A stretch of DNA of 64,000 bases. Origin: Marvinbryantia sp. Its GTDB lineage: Bacteria; Bacillota; Clostridia; Lachnospirales; Lachnospiraceae. How positions within the stretch are numbered: position 1 is the stretch's first letter; each line of letters opens with the position of its first letter. The notes under the pieces were generated by a model. That model worked only from the letters and a program-made list of their open reading frames with translations, was not told the origin of the DNA and did no database searches. The position numbers and the translations under genes were made by a program. The stretch covers positions 1,263-65,262 of the forward strand of contig JBMNRF010000012.1 in the NCBI GenBank assembly GCA_050944495.1, given 5' to 3'. Positions 54,480 through 64,000 of the stretch are shown here, piece by piece.

Positions 54480-55505
54480 ATGATACTACACAATGCACTG
54501 GGAATAGATTTCGGTACGGATACCATTAAAATCTGCGACCGGAAGAACCGGATTACTGTTTGTGAAAAGAATATGATTGCCATTCGCGGTGAAAATCATG
54601 TTATCGCTATCGGAGATGCCGCCTACGAAATGTATGAAAAAACGCCGACGGATGTCAAAGCTGGCTGTCCGATGCGAAACGGTGTTATCGCAGACGCGAA
54701 AAACGCGGAAACAGTGCTGTCCTACCTGTTAAAGAAAAACAAACATTTTCTTTCCGGACAGCCGTCAGTTTATATTGCGGTTCCGCGTGACATTTCCGCA
54801 GTGGAAAAACGCGCCTATTATAACGTCCTGAATGGCACGATTCATGCACGAAAGACGTTTCTGGTAGACAAAGGACTGGCAGATAATATCGGTGTTGGTG
54901 TTTCTATGACATCACCACGCGCCAGCATGTTGGTAAATATTGGTGCCGGAACTACAGAGATCTCGGTCGTTGCCGACGGCAAGGTGCTGATCAGTAAAAC
55001 CCTGCAGCTTGGCGGTCAAAATCTGGACAACGACGTTGTTACGATGACAAGAAGAATGTTTCATCTCAACATCGGCACAAAAACAGCGGTGGCATTAAAA
55101 AAACGTCTGGCATATGTGTTAGATGGACCGGCAGATATTATGACAGTATTTGGCATCAGTACAATTTCCGGACTGCCGGTCAGTGCAGAGATTTCCTCTG
55201 CCGCCGTCAGTATGGCTATTCAGTCGACAATTGAAAAAATCGGTCAGGAAATTTTCGGGATTCTTGACCGACTTCCACCGCAGTTTTATAATGATATTAT
55301 GGAGGCAGGACTGTGTCTGGTAGGCGGAACATCTTTGCTTACAAATCTCTCTGAATATTTTCGTCGTGTACTCGGTGTACGTATCTCACTTGTACGGGAA
55401 CCGGGGCTGACCACTTTAAATGGAATTCAGACGATCATGAATACTCCGGAATTGGCAGATAATTATACATATTCGTTAAAAGACTTGACAGAAACTATAT
55501 TATGA
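54480..55505 (+). CDS. mreB: rod shape-determining protein MreB (divergent)
   Basis: 341 aa. Actin-fold motifs GIDFGTD, NIGAGTTEISVV, LVGGTSLL. Lies upstream of mreCD. Confidence 0.85.
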   Translation: MILHNALGIDFGTDTIKICDRKNRITVCEKNMIAIRGENHVIAIGDAAYEMYEKTPTDVKAGCPMRNGVIADAKNAETVLSYLLKKNKHFLSGQPSVYIAVPRDISAVEKRAYYNVLNGTIHARKTFLVDKGLADNIGVGVSMTSPRASMLVNIGAGTTEISVVADGKVLISKTLQLGGQNLDNDVVTMTRRMFHLNIGTKTAVALKKRLAYVLDGPADIMTVFGISTISGLPVSAEISSAAVSMAIQSTIEKIGQEIFGILDRLPPQFYNDIMEAGLCLVGGTSLLTNLSEYFRRVLGVRISLVREPGLTTLNGIQTIMNTPELADNYTYSLKDLTETIL

Positions 55506-55512
55506 GGTCGTT

Positions 55513-56376
55513 ATGAAAAAAAATAAAATACATGAACCGATTAAAAGCAAAACACTGTTGTTTATTCTGTCAGTGGTTTGCGGTATTATCATTATTCTAA
55601 GCTTTGTACTGGATTTTTCTTCCAATCCGGTGAACGGTCTTGCCGGTTACGTGCTCACACCATTGCAGAGCGGTATCAACGAGGTAGGCGGTTGGCTTTC
55701 TGGCAAGATGGATTATTTTGAAGATAACCTGGCACTTGTTAAGGAAAATGAAAAACTGAAAGCACAAGTAGATGAGTTGACCGTAGAAAATACCCAACTG
55801 CTGCAGGATCATGCAGAACTAAACAGTTTGCGCGATCTTTACGATCTGGATTATAAATATGAAAGTTATGAAAAAGTTGGAGCTCGGGTGATTTCTAAAG
55901 AAAATGCTGGAAACTGGTTCAGTGAATTTACGATTGATAAAGGAGCCAATGACGGATTGGCAGTTGATATGAATGTGCTTGCCGGGGCAGGACTTGCCGG
56001 GATTATTACCGAAGTAGGTCCAAACTGGTCAACTGTTCGTGCAATTATTGATGATTACAGCAATGTCAGTGCAGAAATTTCCGAAACAAAGGATACCTGC
56101 ATCATTGCCGGAGATCTTTCCATGATCGATGAGGGAAGCGTACATCTGGTTAAATTAAACGACCCGGAATCAAAAGCGAAAGCTGGCGATATGGTAGTGA
56201 CTTCTCATATTAGCGATAAGTTTTTGCCTGGAATCCTGGTTGGATATATCAGTGAGATCCATACAGATTCTAACAATCTGACACGTTCCGGCTATGTTTC
56301 TCCGGTCGTTGACTTTAAAGGGCTAAAGGAAGTGCTTGTGATCAAAAATCTAAAGCAGACAAAAGCAGAGGAGTAA
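55513..56376 (+). CDS. mreC: rod shape-determining protein MreC
   Basis: 287 aa. N-terminal TM, coiled coil (ENEKLKAQVDELTVENTQL), beta-rich C-terminal domain. Confidence 0.9.
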   Translation: MKKNKIHEPIKSKTLLFILSVVCGIIIILSFVLDFSSNPVNGLAGYVLTPLQSGINEVGGWLSGKMDYFEDNLALVKENEKLKAQVDELTVENTQLLQDHAELNSLRDLYDLDYKYESYEKVGARVISKENAGNWFSEFTIDKGANDGLAVDMNVLAGAGLAGIITEVGPNWSTVRAIIDDYSNVSAEISETKDTCIIAGDLSMIDEGSVHLVKLNDPESKAKAGDMVVTSHISDKFLPGILVGYISEIHTDSNNLTRSGYVSPVVDFKGLKEVLVIKNLKQTKAEE

Positions 56377-56383
56377 AGAAATT

Positions 56384-56902
56384 ATGAGAACAAAACTGGT
56401 GATATTCGGTGTGGTCTTTCTCAGTCTGCTTCTGCAGTGTTCTCTAATGCCGGCTATTTCCATTGCATCTGTAACACCAAATCTTATGATTGTACTGGTT
56501 GTTTCTTTCGGACTGATGCGAGGAAAACGTTCGGGAATGCTTTTGGGATTTCTGTGCGGACTTCTGACAGATCTGATGCTTGGACCGATTGTCGGTTTTC
56601 GGGCGTTCATTTATATGTTTATCGGGTATTTCTGCGGCTATTGTTACCGAATTTTTTATGATGATGATGTTAAAATGCCAATGCTTTTGACGGCAGCCGG
56701 AGATCTTGCCTACGGAATACTGGTGTATAGCACGCAGTTTTTGCTGCGCGGACGAGTGAATTTCTTTTTTTATCTGAAAAGGATCATCTTGCCGGAAATG
56801 ATATATACTATTTTGCTGACACTGATTTTATATCGGCTTCTTCTGTTACTGAACAGGAAGCTTGATCAGATGGACAAAAGGAGTGTAGACAGCTTTGTTT
56901 AA
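56384..56902 (+). CDS. mreD: rod shape-determining protein MreD
   Basis: 172 aa, polytopic, in the mreBCD position. Confidence 0.85.
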   Translation: MRTKLVIFGVVFLSLLLQCSLMPAISIASVTPNLMIVLVVSFGLMRGKRSGMLLGFLCGLLTDLMLGPIVGFRAFIYMFIGYFCGYCYRIFYDDDVKMPMLLTAAGDLAYGILVYSTQFLLRGRVNFFFYLKRIILPEMIYTILLTLILYRLLLLLNRKLDQMDKRSVDSFV

Positions 56903-59792
56903 ACGTTTTAAAAAAGGGATTGCAAGGATGTTTGCATCCAGAACAATCATCCTTGGCATCATTTTTGTCGCTTTTGGATGCATACTGATAAGCAGACTCT
57001 TTCATCTGCAAATTATAAACGGTGAATCGTATCAGTCTGATTTTACCATGCAGATCCGTAAAGAGACTTCTATTCCAAGCACACGTGGATGTATTTTTGA
57101 CAGTGCCGGCAATCTGCTGGCATACAATAAACTTTCCTATGATGTAACTTTTCAGGATGTAGGATCTTATGAGACAACCAGAGAACGCAATCTGACGATC
57201 AACGGTTATCTTTATAAAATCATGCAGATTCTTTATGCAAACGGAGATGACATATATTCTGATTTTGCTATTGCAATCAATGATGCGGGGGAATATGAAT
57301 ACACAAAGAACGGTGTTAATCTGCTCCGTTTCAAAGCGGATGTATTCGGCCAGCCGTATACGGAAGATCTGACAACAGAACAAGCGGCGATCACCGCAGA
57401 AGATATGATAAAAGAGCTGGGAGGCGATGGTGAATTTGGTTACGGTGTTCTGATTGAATATACGCCGGAAGAGCGGGAACAGTATGGGCTGCCAGATCAG
57501 TTATCTAAAGAAGATGCACTAAAGCTGATCTCATTGCGCAGTGCAATCAACCAAAACAGTTATCAAAAATATATCCCAACAACAATTGCAAAAGATATTT
57601 CTGATACTGCCGTTTCCAGTTTGATGGAAAGCAAAGGTTATTATAAGGGTGTGGATGTTGTCGAAAGTTCGATCCGTGTTTATAATGAAAGTACTTATTT
57701 TGCAAATATTATCGGATATACCGGTCAGATCTCCCGTGAAGAAATGAAATCTTTAAACGAAAAAGTGGGAAGAGACGCCTATGATACAACGGATATTGTC
57801 GGAAAAACCGGGCTTGAGCAATATTTTGAGACAGAACTGCAGGGAACAGACGGAAAACGTGTTGTTTATGTAAACAATCGTGGCAATGTTTTAAAGGAAG
57901 AATCGCGCGTAGAACCGCAGACCGGCAATAATTTGTATCTGACCATTAATACCGACTGGCAGAAGGCCGCTTACCATTTGTTGGAGCAATATATCGCTGG
58001 TATTGTATATTCGATTACCTATGATTTGAAAGAAGTGGATAATGAGAATGTTTCGGCTGATAATATCGTAGTTCCGGTTTATGATATTTATTATAACTTG
58101 TTTGAAAACCATGTACTGAGTGTTTCACATATGGAATCCTCAGCGGCAACGCAGTTGGAAAAAGAAGTCTATCAACTGCTTCAGCAGCGTGAGGTGGAAA
58201 TTTTTGATCAGTTGGAAGCGGAGTTGATTTCTGAATCACCAAAACCATACAAGGAGCTTCCTACCTCTATGCAGGTATACATGACTTATCTGACGGAAAC
58301 TACTCTGCCAGAACTAGGGCTGATGAAGGTAGATTCAATTGATACAACAGATGATACTTATCTGGCTTGGACCAAAGATGAGAGTATCAGTTTAAGAGAA
58401 TATCTGACGTATGCAATCTCCAAAAACTGGCTGGATGTTTCCGGAATCATGGAAGAAAGTGAATTCTGGGACTCTGACGAAATCTTTACGAATCTCTGTA
58501 ATTATCTGGAGGAATACGTAAAGACAGATCGTAATTTCAGTCGTAAGGTATATAAATATATGGTTGAGGATGATACCCTAAAACCCTCTACGCTTTGTAT
58601 GCTTCTGTATGATCAGGGCATTCTGGAAATGGATGAAGAAATGTACAGCCGTTTGAAAGACGGTAGTCTTTCCGCTTTTGAATTTATTAAAGAAAAAATT
58701 TATACATTGGAGCTTTCACCAGCGCAGCTTGCTGTAGCACCGTATTCTGGATCACTTGTAGTAGTTGATCCGAATAATGGCAATACTTTGGCTTGTGTAA
58801 CGTACCCTGGATATGACAACAATCGTCTGGCAAATGAGATGGATGATGAATATTTTGAACAGCTTAATCTCGGAAAAGCGAGTCCGTTCTATAATAAAGC
58901 AACACAAGAACTGACCGCACCGGGTTCTACTTATAAAATGGTATCTGCAGTAGCCGGACTCAATGAAGGCGTAATCAGTGTAGATGAAACCATTCAATGC
59001 ACCGGCAGCTTTGATCTGGAAGCTTTGCCGATCAAATGCTGGATTCATCCTGGCAACCATGGATACGAAAATCTGGTCGGCGCGTTGGCAGATTCCTGTA
59101 ATATGTATTTTAATACCGTTGGATTTCGTCTTGGTGATGTTGGTGCAGAGGATGGAAAAGCCGTCGATGAAGTCGGTATCGAGAAGCTTGCGAAATATGC
59201 TGCTATGTTCGGTTTCGATCAGGAAACCGGTATAGAAATGGATGAGAGTGCACCGATGATCTCTGATAACTCAATGGCACGTTCTGCAATGGGGCAAGGG
59301 CGAAATGCCTTTTCAACCGTACAGCTTGCACGTTATGTCGCTACAGTCGCCAATAGCGGAACCTGCTATGACCTGACACTTTTGGATAAAATCACAGATT
59401 TTGAAGGCCGTACTGTAATGGAAAAAGAACCTGTGATCCATGATTATGTGGAAGGTACCGAATATATGTGGTCCGCAATTCATATGGGAATGAACGAAAT
59501 GGTAAACCGTACAGAATATCTGAAAGATACTGGTGTTTCAATGGCTGGAAAAACAGGTACGGCTGAGCAGACCGGCGTTCCCAATCATGCGCTTTATGTC
59601 GGTTATGCGCCTTATGAAGCGCCAGAAATTGCTATTGCTTGCCGTATCACAAACGGTTACAGTTCCAAAAATGCTGCTCTGCTGGCTAAAGATATGATTC
59701 GCTATATTTTTGGCCTGGGCGAAAAAGAAGAACTAATTACCGGTCATGCGACCATCCCGGATGGCGGTGTTTCCGGTGTAAGAACAGACTAA
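56895..59792 (+). CDS. mrdA: penicillin-binding protein 2 (class B transpeptidase) with a long internal insertion
   Basis: 965 aa. N-terminal TM, SxxK (GSTYKM), SxN (DSCNMY), KTG (GKTGTAE). TTG start at 56895 or ATG at 56928. Confidence 0.9.
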   Translation: MFKRFKKGIARMFASRTIILGIIFVAFGCILISRLFHLQIINGESYQSDFTMQIRKETSIPSTRGCIFDSAGNLLAYNKLSYDVTFQDVGSYETTRERNLTINGYLYKIMQILYANGDDIYSDFAIAINDAGEYEYTKNGVNLLRFKADVFGQPYTEDLTTEQAAITAEDMIKELGGDGEFGYGVLIEYTPEEREQYGLPDQLSKEDALKLISLRSAINQNSYQKYIPTTIAKDISDTAVSSLMESKGYYKGVDVVESSIRVYNESTYFANIIGYTGQISREEMKSLNEKVGRDAYDTTDIVGKTGLEQYFETELQGTDGKRVVYVNNRGNVLKEESRVEPQTGNNLYLTINTDWQKAAYHLLEQYIAGIVYSITYDLKEVDNENVSADNIVVPVYDIYYNLFENHVLSVSHMESSAATQLEKEVYQLLQQREVEIFDQLEAELISESPKPYKELPTSMQVYMTYLTETTLPELGLMKVDSIDTTDDTYLAWTKDESISLREYLTYAISKNWLDVSGIMEESEFWDSDEIFTNLCNYLEEYVKTDRNFSRKVYKYMVEDDTLKPSTLCMLLYDQGILEMDEEMYSRLKDGSLSAFEFIKEKIYTLELSPAQLAVAPYSGSLVVVDPNNGNTLACVTYPGYDNNRLANEMDDEYFEQLNLGKASPFYNKATQELTAPGSTYKMVSAVAGLNEGVISVDETIQCTGSFDLEALPIKCWIHPGNHGYENLVGALADSCNMYFNTVGFRLGDVGAEDGKAVDEVGIEKLAKYAAMFGFDQETGIEMDESAPMISDNSMARSAMGQGRNAFSTVQLARYVATVANSGTCYDLTLLDKITDFEGRTVMEKEPVIHDYVEGTEYMWSAIHMGMNEMVNRTEYLKDTGVSMAGKTGTAEQTGVPNHALYVGYAPYEAPEIAIACRITNGYSSKNAALLAKDMIRYIFGLGEKEELITGHATIPDGGVSGVRTD

Positions 59793-59811
59793 AGTTTTCG
59801 GGAGATCAATT

Positions 59812-60501
59812 ATGAATAGTCCGGTAATTATCAAAAGTAATAAATACGGTCTCGTGGTTCGCTTAAGTGATACACTTCCTTTTGCAGATTTGTTGGATGC
59901 TGTCGCGGAAAAATTCCGTGAATCCGCACATTTTTTTAAGGATGCCCGGATGGCGGTCACTTTTCAGGGACGTACACTTACAAAAGATCAGGAAAACCGG
60001 CTGGTAGACGCGATCGTGATGAATTCACAGATTCATATTATCTGTATTGTAGACGAGCGTCCGCAAGAAGAAGAATATTATGCTGAAGCAATTCGCCTGG
60101 CAGAAGAACAAGATACAAAAGAAGGGCAGTTTTATCGCGGGAATCTGCGCTCCGGACAGTCACTGGAAACAGAAACAAGTATTGTGGTGTTGGGGGATGT
60201 AAATCCCGGTGCATCCATTACCTCAAAAGGAAACGTGGTTGTTCTTGGAAGCTGCCGTGGAAATGTATATGCCGGTGCGTCCGGCGATCGAAGTTGTTTT
60301 GTAGCAGCTCTGATCATGAAACCAATCCAGATACGCATCGCAGATAAAATGGCGCGCAGCGCGATCACCAAACGTTCAGATAATGTAGAATACGCGCTTG
60401 ATCCGAAAATTGCCTATGTAAAAGACAATCACATTTATGTGAAAAATCTGACCAGAACTACTCTGGATGATATACTCGGCAAGCAGGAAGAAGAGACCTA
60501 A
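59812..60501 (+). CDS. minC: septum site-determining protein MinC
   Basis: 229 aa. C-terminal beta-helix VVLGDVNPGASITSKGNVVVLGSCRGNVYAG. Lies upstream of minDE. Confidence 0.9.
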   Translation: MNSPVIIKSNKYGLVVRLSDTLPFADLLDAVAEKFRESAHFFKDARMAVTFQGRTLTKDQENRLVDAIVMNSQIHIICIVDERPQEEEYYAEAIRLAEEQDTKEGQFYRGNLRSGQSLETETSIVVLGDVNPGASITSKGNVVVLGSCRGNVYAGASGDRSCFVAALIMKPIQIRIADKMARSAITKRSDNVEYALDPKIAYVKDNHIYVKNLTRTTLDDILGKQEEET

Positions 60502-60555
60502 AATACGTATGACAACCGGGGGAATTTCCCAGATTATGCTGTGTGGAGGAAAAAC

Positions 60556-61347
60556 ATGAGTGAAGTAATCGTAGTAACATCTGGAAAAGGCGGTGTCGGC
60601 AAAACAACCGCGACAGCTAATATCGGGACCGGACTGGCAAAATTAGACAAAAAAACTGTTCTGGTAGACACTGACATTGGGCTGAGAAATCTTGATGTGG
60701 TGATGGGATTGGAAAATCGCATCGTCTATAATATGGTTGATGTTATCGAAGGAAACTGTCGATTGAAACAGGCACTGATTCGTGATAAACATTATCCGAA
60801 TCTGTATCTGCTCCCGGCAGCGCAAACCCGAGACAAAACGGCAGTGACGCCAGAACAGATGCGTAAGCTGACAGAAGATTTGCGTGAACATTTTGAATAT
60901 ATTCTATTGGATTGTCCAGCTGGAATAGAACAAGGTTTTAAAAATGCTGTAGCCGGTGCAGACCGGGCGATTGTAGTGACGACGCCCGAAGTATCCGCAA
61001 TCCGTGATGCCGACCGTATCATTGGTCTTTTGGAGGCGGACGGAATGAAACAGATTGATCTTCTGATTAATCGCCTGCGTCCGGAACTGATCAACCGTGG
61101 AGACATGATGTCTATTGAAGATGTCACGGAAATTCTTGCCATTTCACTGATCGGAGCTGTACCGGACGATACCGGAATTGTTGTGTCAACCAATCAGGGG
61201 GAACCGGTAGCCGGAACAGATACTCCTTCCGGTCAGGCATTCTTTCATATTGCAAGACGCGTTCTTGGCGAAGAAGTGGAAATACCTGATTTTACCTGTG
61301 AAACATCTTTTTTCCAAAAGATGAAATCATTTTTCAAAAAAGGGTAA
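60556..61347 (+). CDS. minD: septum site-determining ATPase MinD
   Basis: ATG 60556 follows GGAGGA. Deviant Walker A SGKGGVGKTT. C-terminal amphipathic helix FFQKMKSFFKKG. Confidence 0.95.
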   Translation: MSEVIVVTSGKGGVGKTTATANIGTGLAKLDKKTVLVDTDIGLRNLDVVMGLENRIVYNMVDVIEGNCRLKQALIRDKHYPNLYLLPAAQTRDKTAVTPEQMRKLTEDLREHFEYILLDCPAGIEQGFKNAVAGADRAIVVTTPEVSAIRDADRIIGLLEADGMKQIDLLINRLRPELINRGDMMSIEDVTEILAISLIGAVPDDTGIVVSTNQGEPVAGTDTPSGQAFFHIARRVLGEEVEIPDFTCETSFFQKMKSFFKKG

Positions 61348-61360
61348 GGAGGCTATTTCC

Positions 61361-61597
61361 ATGCGTTTGCGAAAAACATCAGGAACGATTGCCCGGGAAC
61401 GTTTAAAGCAGTTAATTATTGCAGATAAACTGCAGACAACACCGGACATGACACTGCAGATGAAACGCGAGATCCGTTCTGTGATCGCAAAATACGTGAA
61501 TACAGAGCAGGTTCGTATGGAAATACAGATTCGTTTGATTAACGAAGCAAAACAAGGGGAAGAACATGTTAAAACAATACAAATTAAGGGATTATAA
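61361..61597 (+). CDS. minE: cell division topological specificity factor MinE
   Basis: 78 aa. ...SGTIARERLKQLIIADK, in the position after minD. Confidence 0.85.
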   Translation: MRLRKTSGTIARERLKQLIIADKLQTTPDMTLQMKREIRSVIAKYVNTEQVRMEIQIRLINEAKQGEEHVKTIQIKGL

Positions 61598-62669
61598 ATT
61601 CAGACTGATCCTTTGGGTGACAGCGCTTTCTATCCTTGGCATTTTGATTATCGGAAGCGCTGACAGCGATGTGCAGAGTAAGCAGATCATCGGTCTGGTC
61701 GGTGGTTTGGTTTTAATGATCATTGTTTCTTTGATTGATTATGTATGGCTGTTAAAATTTTACTGGATTTTTTATATAATTGCTATCGGACTTCTGGTAG
61801 CAACGCGTTATCTTGGTACTAACGTAAACGGTGCAACAAGATGGCTTGATTTAGGATTTACGACCCTGCAGCCATCTGATATTATGAAAATCGTGCTGAT
61901 CATGTTTTTCGCACAGTTTTTTTCCAAGCATGAGGATGATCTGAGCACCTTTAAAATTATTCTTCTTTCCGTTATTATCGCCGCTGTACCTTGCTTTCTG
62001 ATCCTAAAACAACCAAATCTTTCTACCTGTATTCTGATGATGTTTTTATTTTGTGCACTTTATTTTGTTGCGGGGTTGAGTTATAAGGTTATTGCTGGTA
62101 TATTAGTAATATGCGTTCCGACAATCGCTATTCTGTTCGGTATTATCTTAAAACCAGGACAGACTTTGATCCAGGATTACCAACTGACACGTATTCTTGC
62201 TTGGCTTTATCCGGAACAATATCCGGACGCTGCAGCGCAACAAGTAAACTCCATCATTGCAATCGGATCCGGGCAGCTTTACGGCAAAGGACTGGAAACA
62301 ACTGCAATTGAATCAGTAAAAAATGCCAATTTTCTGTCGGAAGCACAAACAGACTTTATTTTTGCAATCGCAGGGGAAGAGCTGGGTTTTCTCGGATGCT
62401 GCGGTATTATTATCCTTGAGATTCTAATTGTTCTGGAATGTATCTGGATTGGCCGGAAGGCACGTGAATTTTCAGGTACGATCCTATGCTGTGGAATGGG
62501 GGCCCTGATAGGTATCCAGAGCATTATGAATATATGTGTTGCTACCGGTCTGATGCCGAATACTGGTCTGGCACTACCGTTTGTCAGTGCCGGTCTGACA
62601 TCCTTATGGACGTTGTTTATTGGCATCGGCTTGGTATTAAATGTGGGGTTACAGTCTAAAAAATATTAA
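61566..62669 (+). CDS. rodA: FtsW/RodA/SpoVE-family peptidoglycan glycosyltransferase (RodA)
   Basis: 367 aa, about 10 TM. QPSDIMKIVLIMFFA, TDFIFAIAGEELGF, PNTGLALPFVSAGLTS. Overlaps minE by 32 nt. Confidence 0.9.
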   Translation: MLKQYKLRDYKFRLILWVTALSILGILIIGSADSDVQSKQIIGLVGGLVLMIIVSLIDYVWLLKFYWIFYIIAIGLLVATRYLGTNVNGATRWLDLGFTTLQPSDIMKIVLIMFFAQFFSKHEDDLSTFKIILLSVIIAAVPCFLILKQPNLSTCILMMFLFCALYFVAGLSYKVIAGILVICVPTIAILFGIILKPGQTLIQDYQLTRILAWLYPEQYPDAAAQQVNSIIAIGSGQLYGKGLETTAIESVKNANFLSEAQTDFIFAIAGEELGFLGCCGIIILEILIVLECIWIGRKAREFSGTILCCGMGALIGIQSIMNICVATGLMPNTGLALPFVSAGLTSLWTLFIGIGLVLNVGLQSKKY

Positions 62670-62685
62670 AAGAGGAGGTCTTCTG

Positions 62686-63081
62686 ATGAACATCGGACTG
62701 ATTGCGCATGATTCCAAAAAGGTACTGATGCAGAATTTATGCATTGCGTACCGGGGGATTTTTGCAAAGAATTCACTTTATGCAACAAACACGACCGGCC
62801 GCCTGGTAGAAGAGGTGACTGGACTGAATGTAACAAAATATCTTTCCGGACACTTAGGCGGAGTGCAGCAGCTTGCGGCACAGATAGAACAAAATCAAAT
62901 GGATATGATGATTTTTTTAAGAGATCCGCTCCAGCCAAAGAAACAAGATCCGGATATCAAAAATATTGTCCGTCTTTGCGATACATACAATGTACCGCTT
63001 GCCACAAATCTGGCAACAGCGGAAATGTTAATTAAATCCCTTGACAGAGGAGAGTTAGAGTGGCGTGAAATGTACAGATAG
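62686..63081 (+). CDS. mgsA: methylglyoxal synthase
   Basis: ATG 62686 follows AGAGGAGG. MNIGLIAHDSKK...TGTTG-like NTTGRLV...DPDIKNIVRLCDTYNVPLATN. Confidence 0.9.
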   Translation: MNIGLIAHDSKKVLMQNLCIAYRGIFAKNSLYATNTTGRLVEEVTGLNVTKYLSGHLGGVQQLAAQIEQNQMDMMIFLRDPLQPKKQDPDIKNIVRLCDTYNVPLATNLATAEMLIKSLDRGELEWREMYR

Positions 63082-64000
63082 ACAGTCCGGTGCGCGAGCC
63101 AGACGACTACAGGAAAAAAAAAGACAGCAGTTTCTTGCTGCTGCGCTGATTGTTGGCATACTATGTGCCGCTGCACTGATTGTCTCGATCGGATACCTGC
63201 TTTTTTTCCGCTCACATGAGTTGGAACTTGTTAATCCCTATGATATTTCCAGTCAGAAATTTGGAGTATTAAAGGATACAGAAGATACCATGTGTCTGCG
63301 TGCGGAACCGTTTACCAAAGATCTTTGTGTGACAGCAGGAGATGTTTCTTTTGATTCTATACAGACAGAATCAGCCAGTGCTGCAGCAATCATGGATTTA
63401 AATGAACATAAAGTACTTTACGCAAAAAATGTTCATGAGCGCCTGTATCCGGCCAGCCTTACAAAGGTAATGACCGCTCTGGTCGCAATAAAATACGGCA
63501 ATCTGGATGACACGATCTTTATTGATGAAATTGCACTTGATATTGACCCGGATTCTTCCGTCTGTTATCTGCAATACGGAGATGAATATACACTTCGTCA
63601 GCTGATCTACGGCTTATTAATTGCTTCCGGAAATGACGCCGGAAACGCGATTGCGGCGCATGTCGGCGGCAGTATTGAAAATTTTGTAGAGATGATGAAT
63701 CAGGAGGCCGTCCTGATTGGTGCCACCAATACACATTTTACCAATGCACATGGCCTGCAGGACGAAAATCATTATACAACAGCTTATGATACCTATTTAA
63801 TTTTTCAGGAAGCACTGAAATACGATGTTTTTAATGACGCAATCAATCAGAAGGTTTATACTGTTACGTATAAAGATATTGAAGGCGACCAGTATGAACG
63901 TACTTGGTTTGCAACAAACTATTATTTTACCGGAGATTCCCTGCCACCGGACGGTATTACCATTTTTGGCGGAAAAACAGGAACGACAGATGAGGCGGGT
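63065..64000 (+). CDS. D-alanyl-D-alanine carboxypeptidase (serine-type, PBP5-like), 3'-partial at the window end
   Basis: Not in the ORF track because it has no stop within the window. The frame opens after TAG 63056-63058, with GTG 63065 after GAGGAGAG. N-terminal TM, SxxK (ASLTKVM), SxN (ASGNDA). Confidence 0.8.
   Translation, partial: MKCTDRQSGARARRLQEKKRQQFLAAALIVGILCAAALIVSIGYLLFFRSHELELVNPYDISSQKFGVLKDTEDTMCLRAEPFTKDLCVTAGDVSFDSIQTESASAAAIMDLNEHKVLYAKNVHERLYPASLTKVMTALVAIKYGNLDDTIFIDEIALDIDPDSSVCYLQYGDEYTLRQLIYGLLIASGNDAGNAIAAHVGGSIENFVEMMNQEAVLIGATNTHFTNAHGLQDENHYTTAYDTYLIFQEALKYDVFNDAINQKVYTVTYKDIEGDQYERTWFATNYYFTGDSLPPDGITIFGGKTGTTDEAG

Noticed and set aside
1-64000. Scan for CRISPR arrays, tRNA/rRNA genes, reverse transcriptases (retron/DGR) and known defence-system hallmarks such as large ATPases/nucleases, Cas or Abi
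   Set aside because: I saw no regularly spaced repeat arrays, no cloverleaf-like or rRNA-like segments, and no ORF with RT, Cas, helicase-nuclease or similar motifs. This was an eye scan only, so short or degenerate elements could have been missed.

Overview
This window looks like a low-GC Firmicute chromosome, Clostridia/Lachnospiraceae-like by gene order and protein families (inference only). It has two parts.

**Accessory mosaic (about 1-43,700).** This part contains:
- a CydDC-like pair of ABC half-transporters;
- several uncharacterised membrane proteins and a DUF2975/YozG-type pair;
- three OmpR-type two-component systems, one LytTR/AgrCA-like pair and an ECF sigma/anti-sigma pair;
- two intact paralogous FtsX-type ABC exporters plus two decayed ones;
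- a ParE/Phd toxin-antitoxin pair;
- many gene fragments: a tyrosine integrase tail, large serine recombinase remnants, an IS1182-type transposase remnant, FtsX remnants and hydrolase fragments.

A visibly GC-rich, heavily eroded mobilizable element lies at about 33.9-36.8 kb. It carries a relaxase, a DUF3847 gene, an HTH gene and a recombinase tail, and an AT-rich GNAT cassette is inserted in it.

**Conserved core block (43,738-64,000).** The order is mutS-mutL-miaA-ynbB-like, two flavoproteins, radC-mreBCD-PBP2-minCDE-rodA-mgsA, then a partial D-Ala-D-Ala carboxypeptidase.

**Most interesting observations:**
1. A two-component-controlled operon encodes a TlpA-like thioredoxin lipoprotein, a 48-aa CXXC micro-protein absent from the ORF track, and a membrane polyferredoxin. 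Identical CTAACA-N5-CTAACA boxes sit at the same distance from the -10 element of both promoters.
2. An intramembrane-sensing (Bce-like) TCS is followed by tandem paralogous exporters, with distinct direct-repeat operators.
3. About 200 bp inside the eroded element contains six perfect hairpins.
4. A candidate yjdF-type riboswitch with an anti-SD segment lies upstream of a DUF2992 gene.
5. Gene-decay signatures include homopolymer frameshifts and three premature stops, at least one sitting where I recall homologues having Trp.

I saw no rRNA, tRNA or CRISPR array, and no recognisable known phage-defence system. All family assignments come from motif recognition by eye and need HMM/BLAST confirmation.
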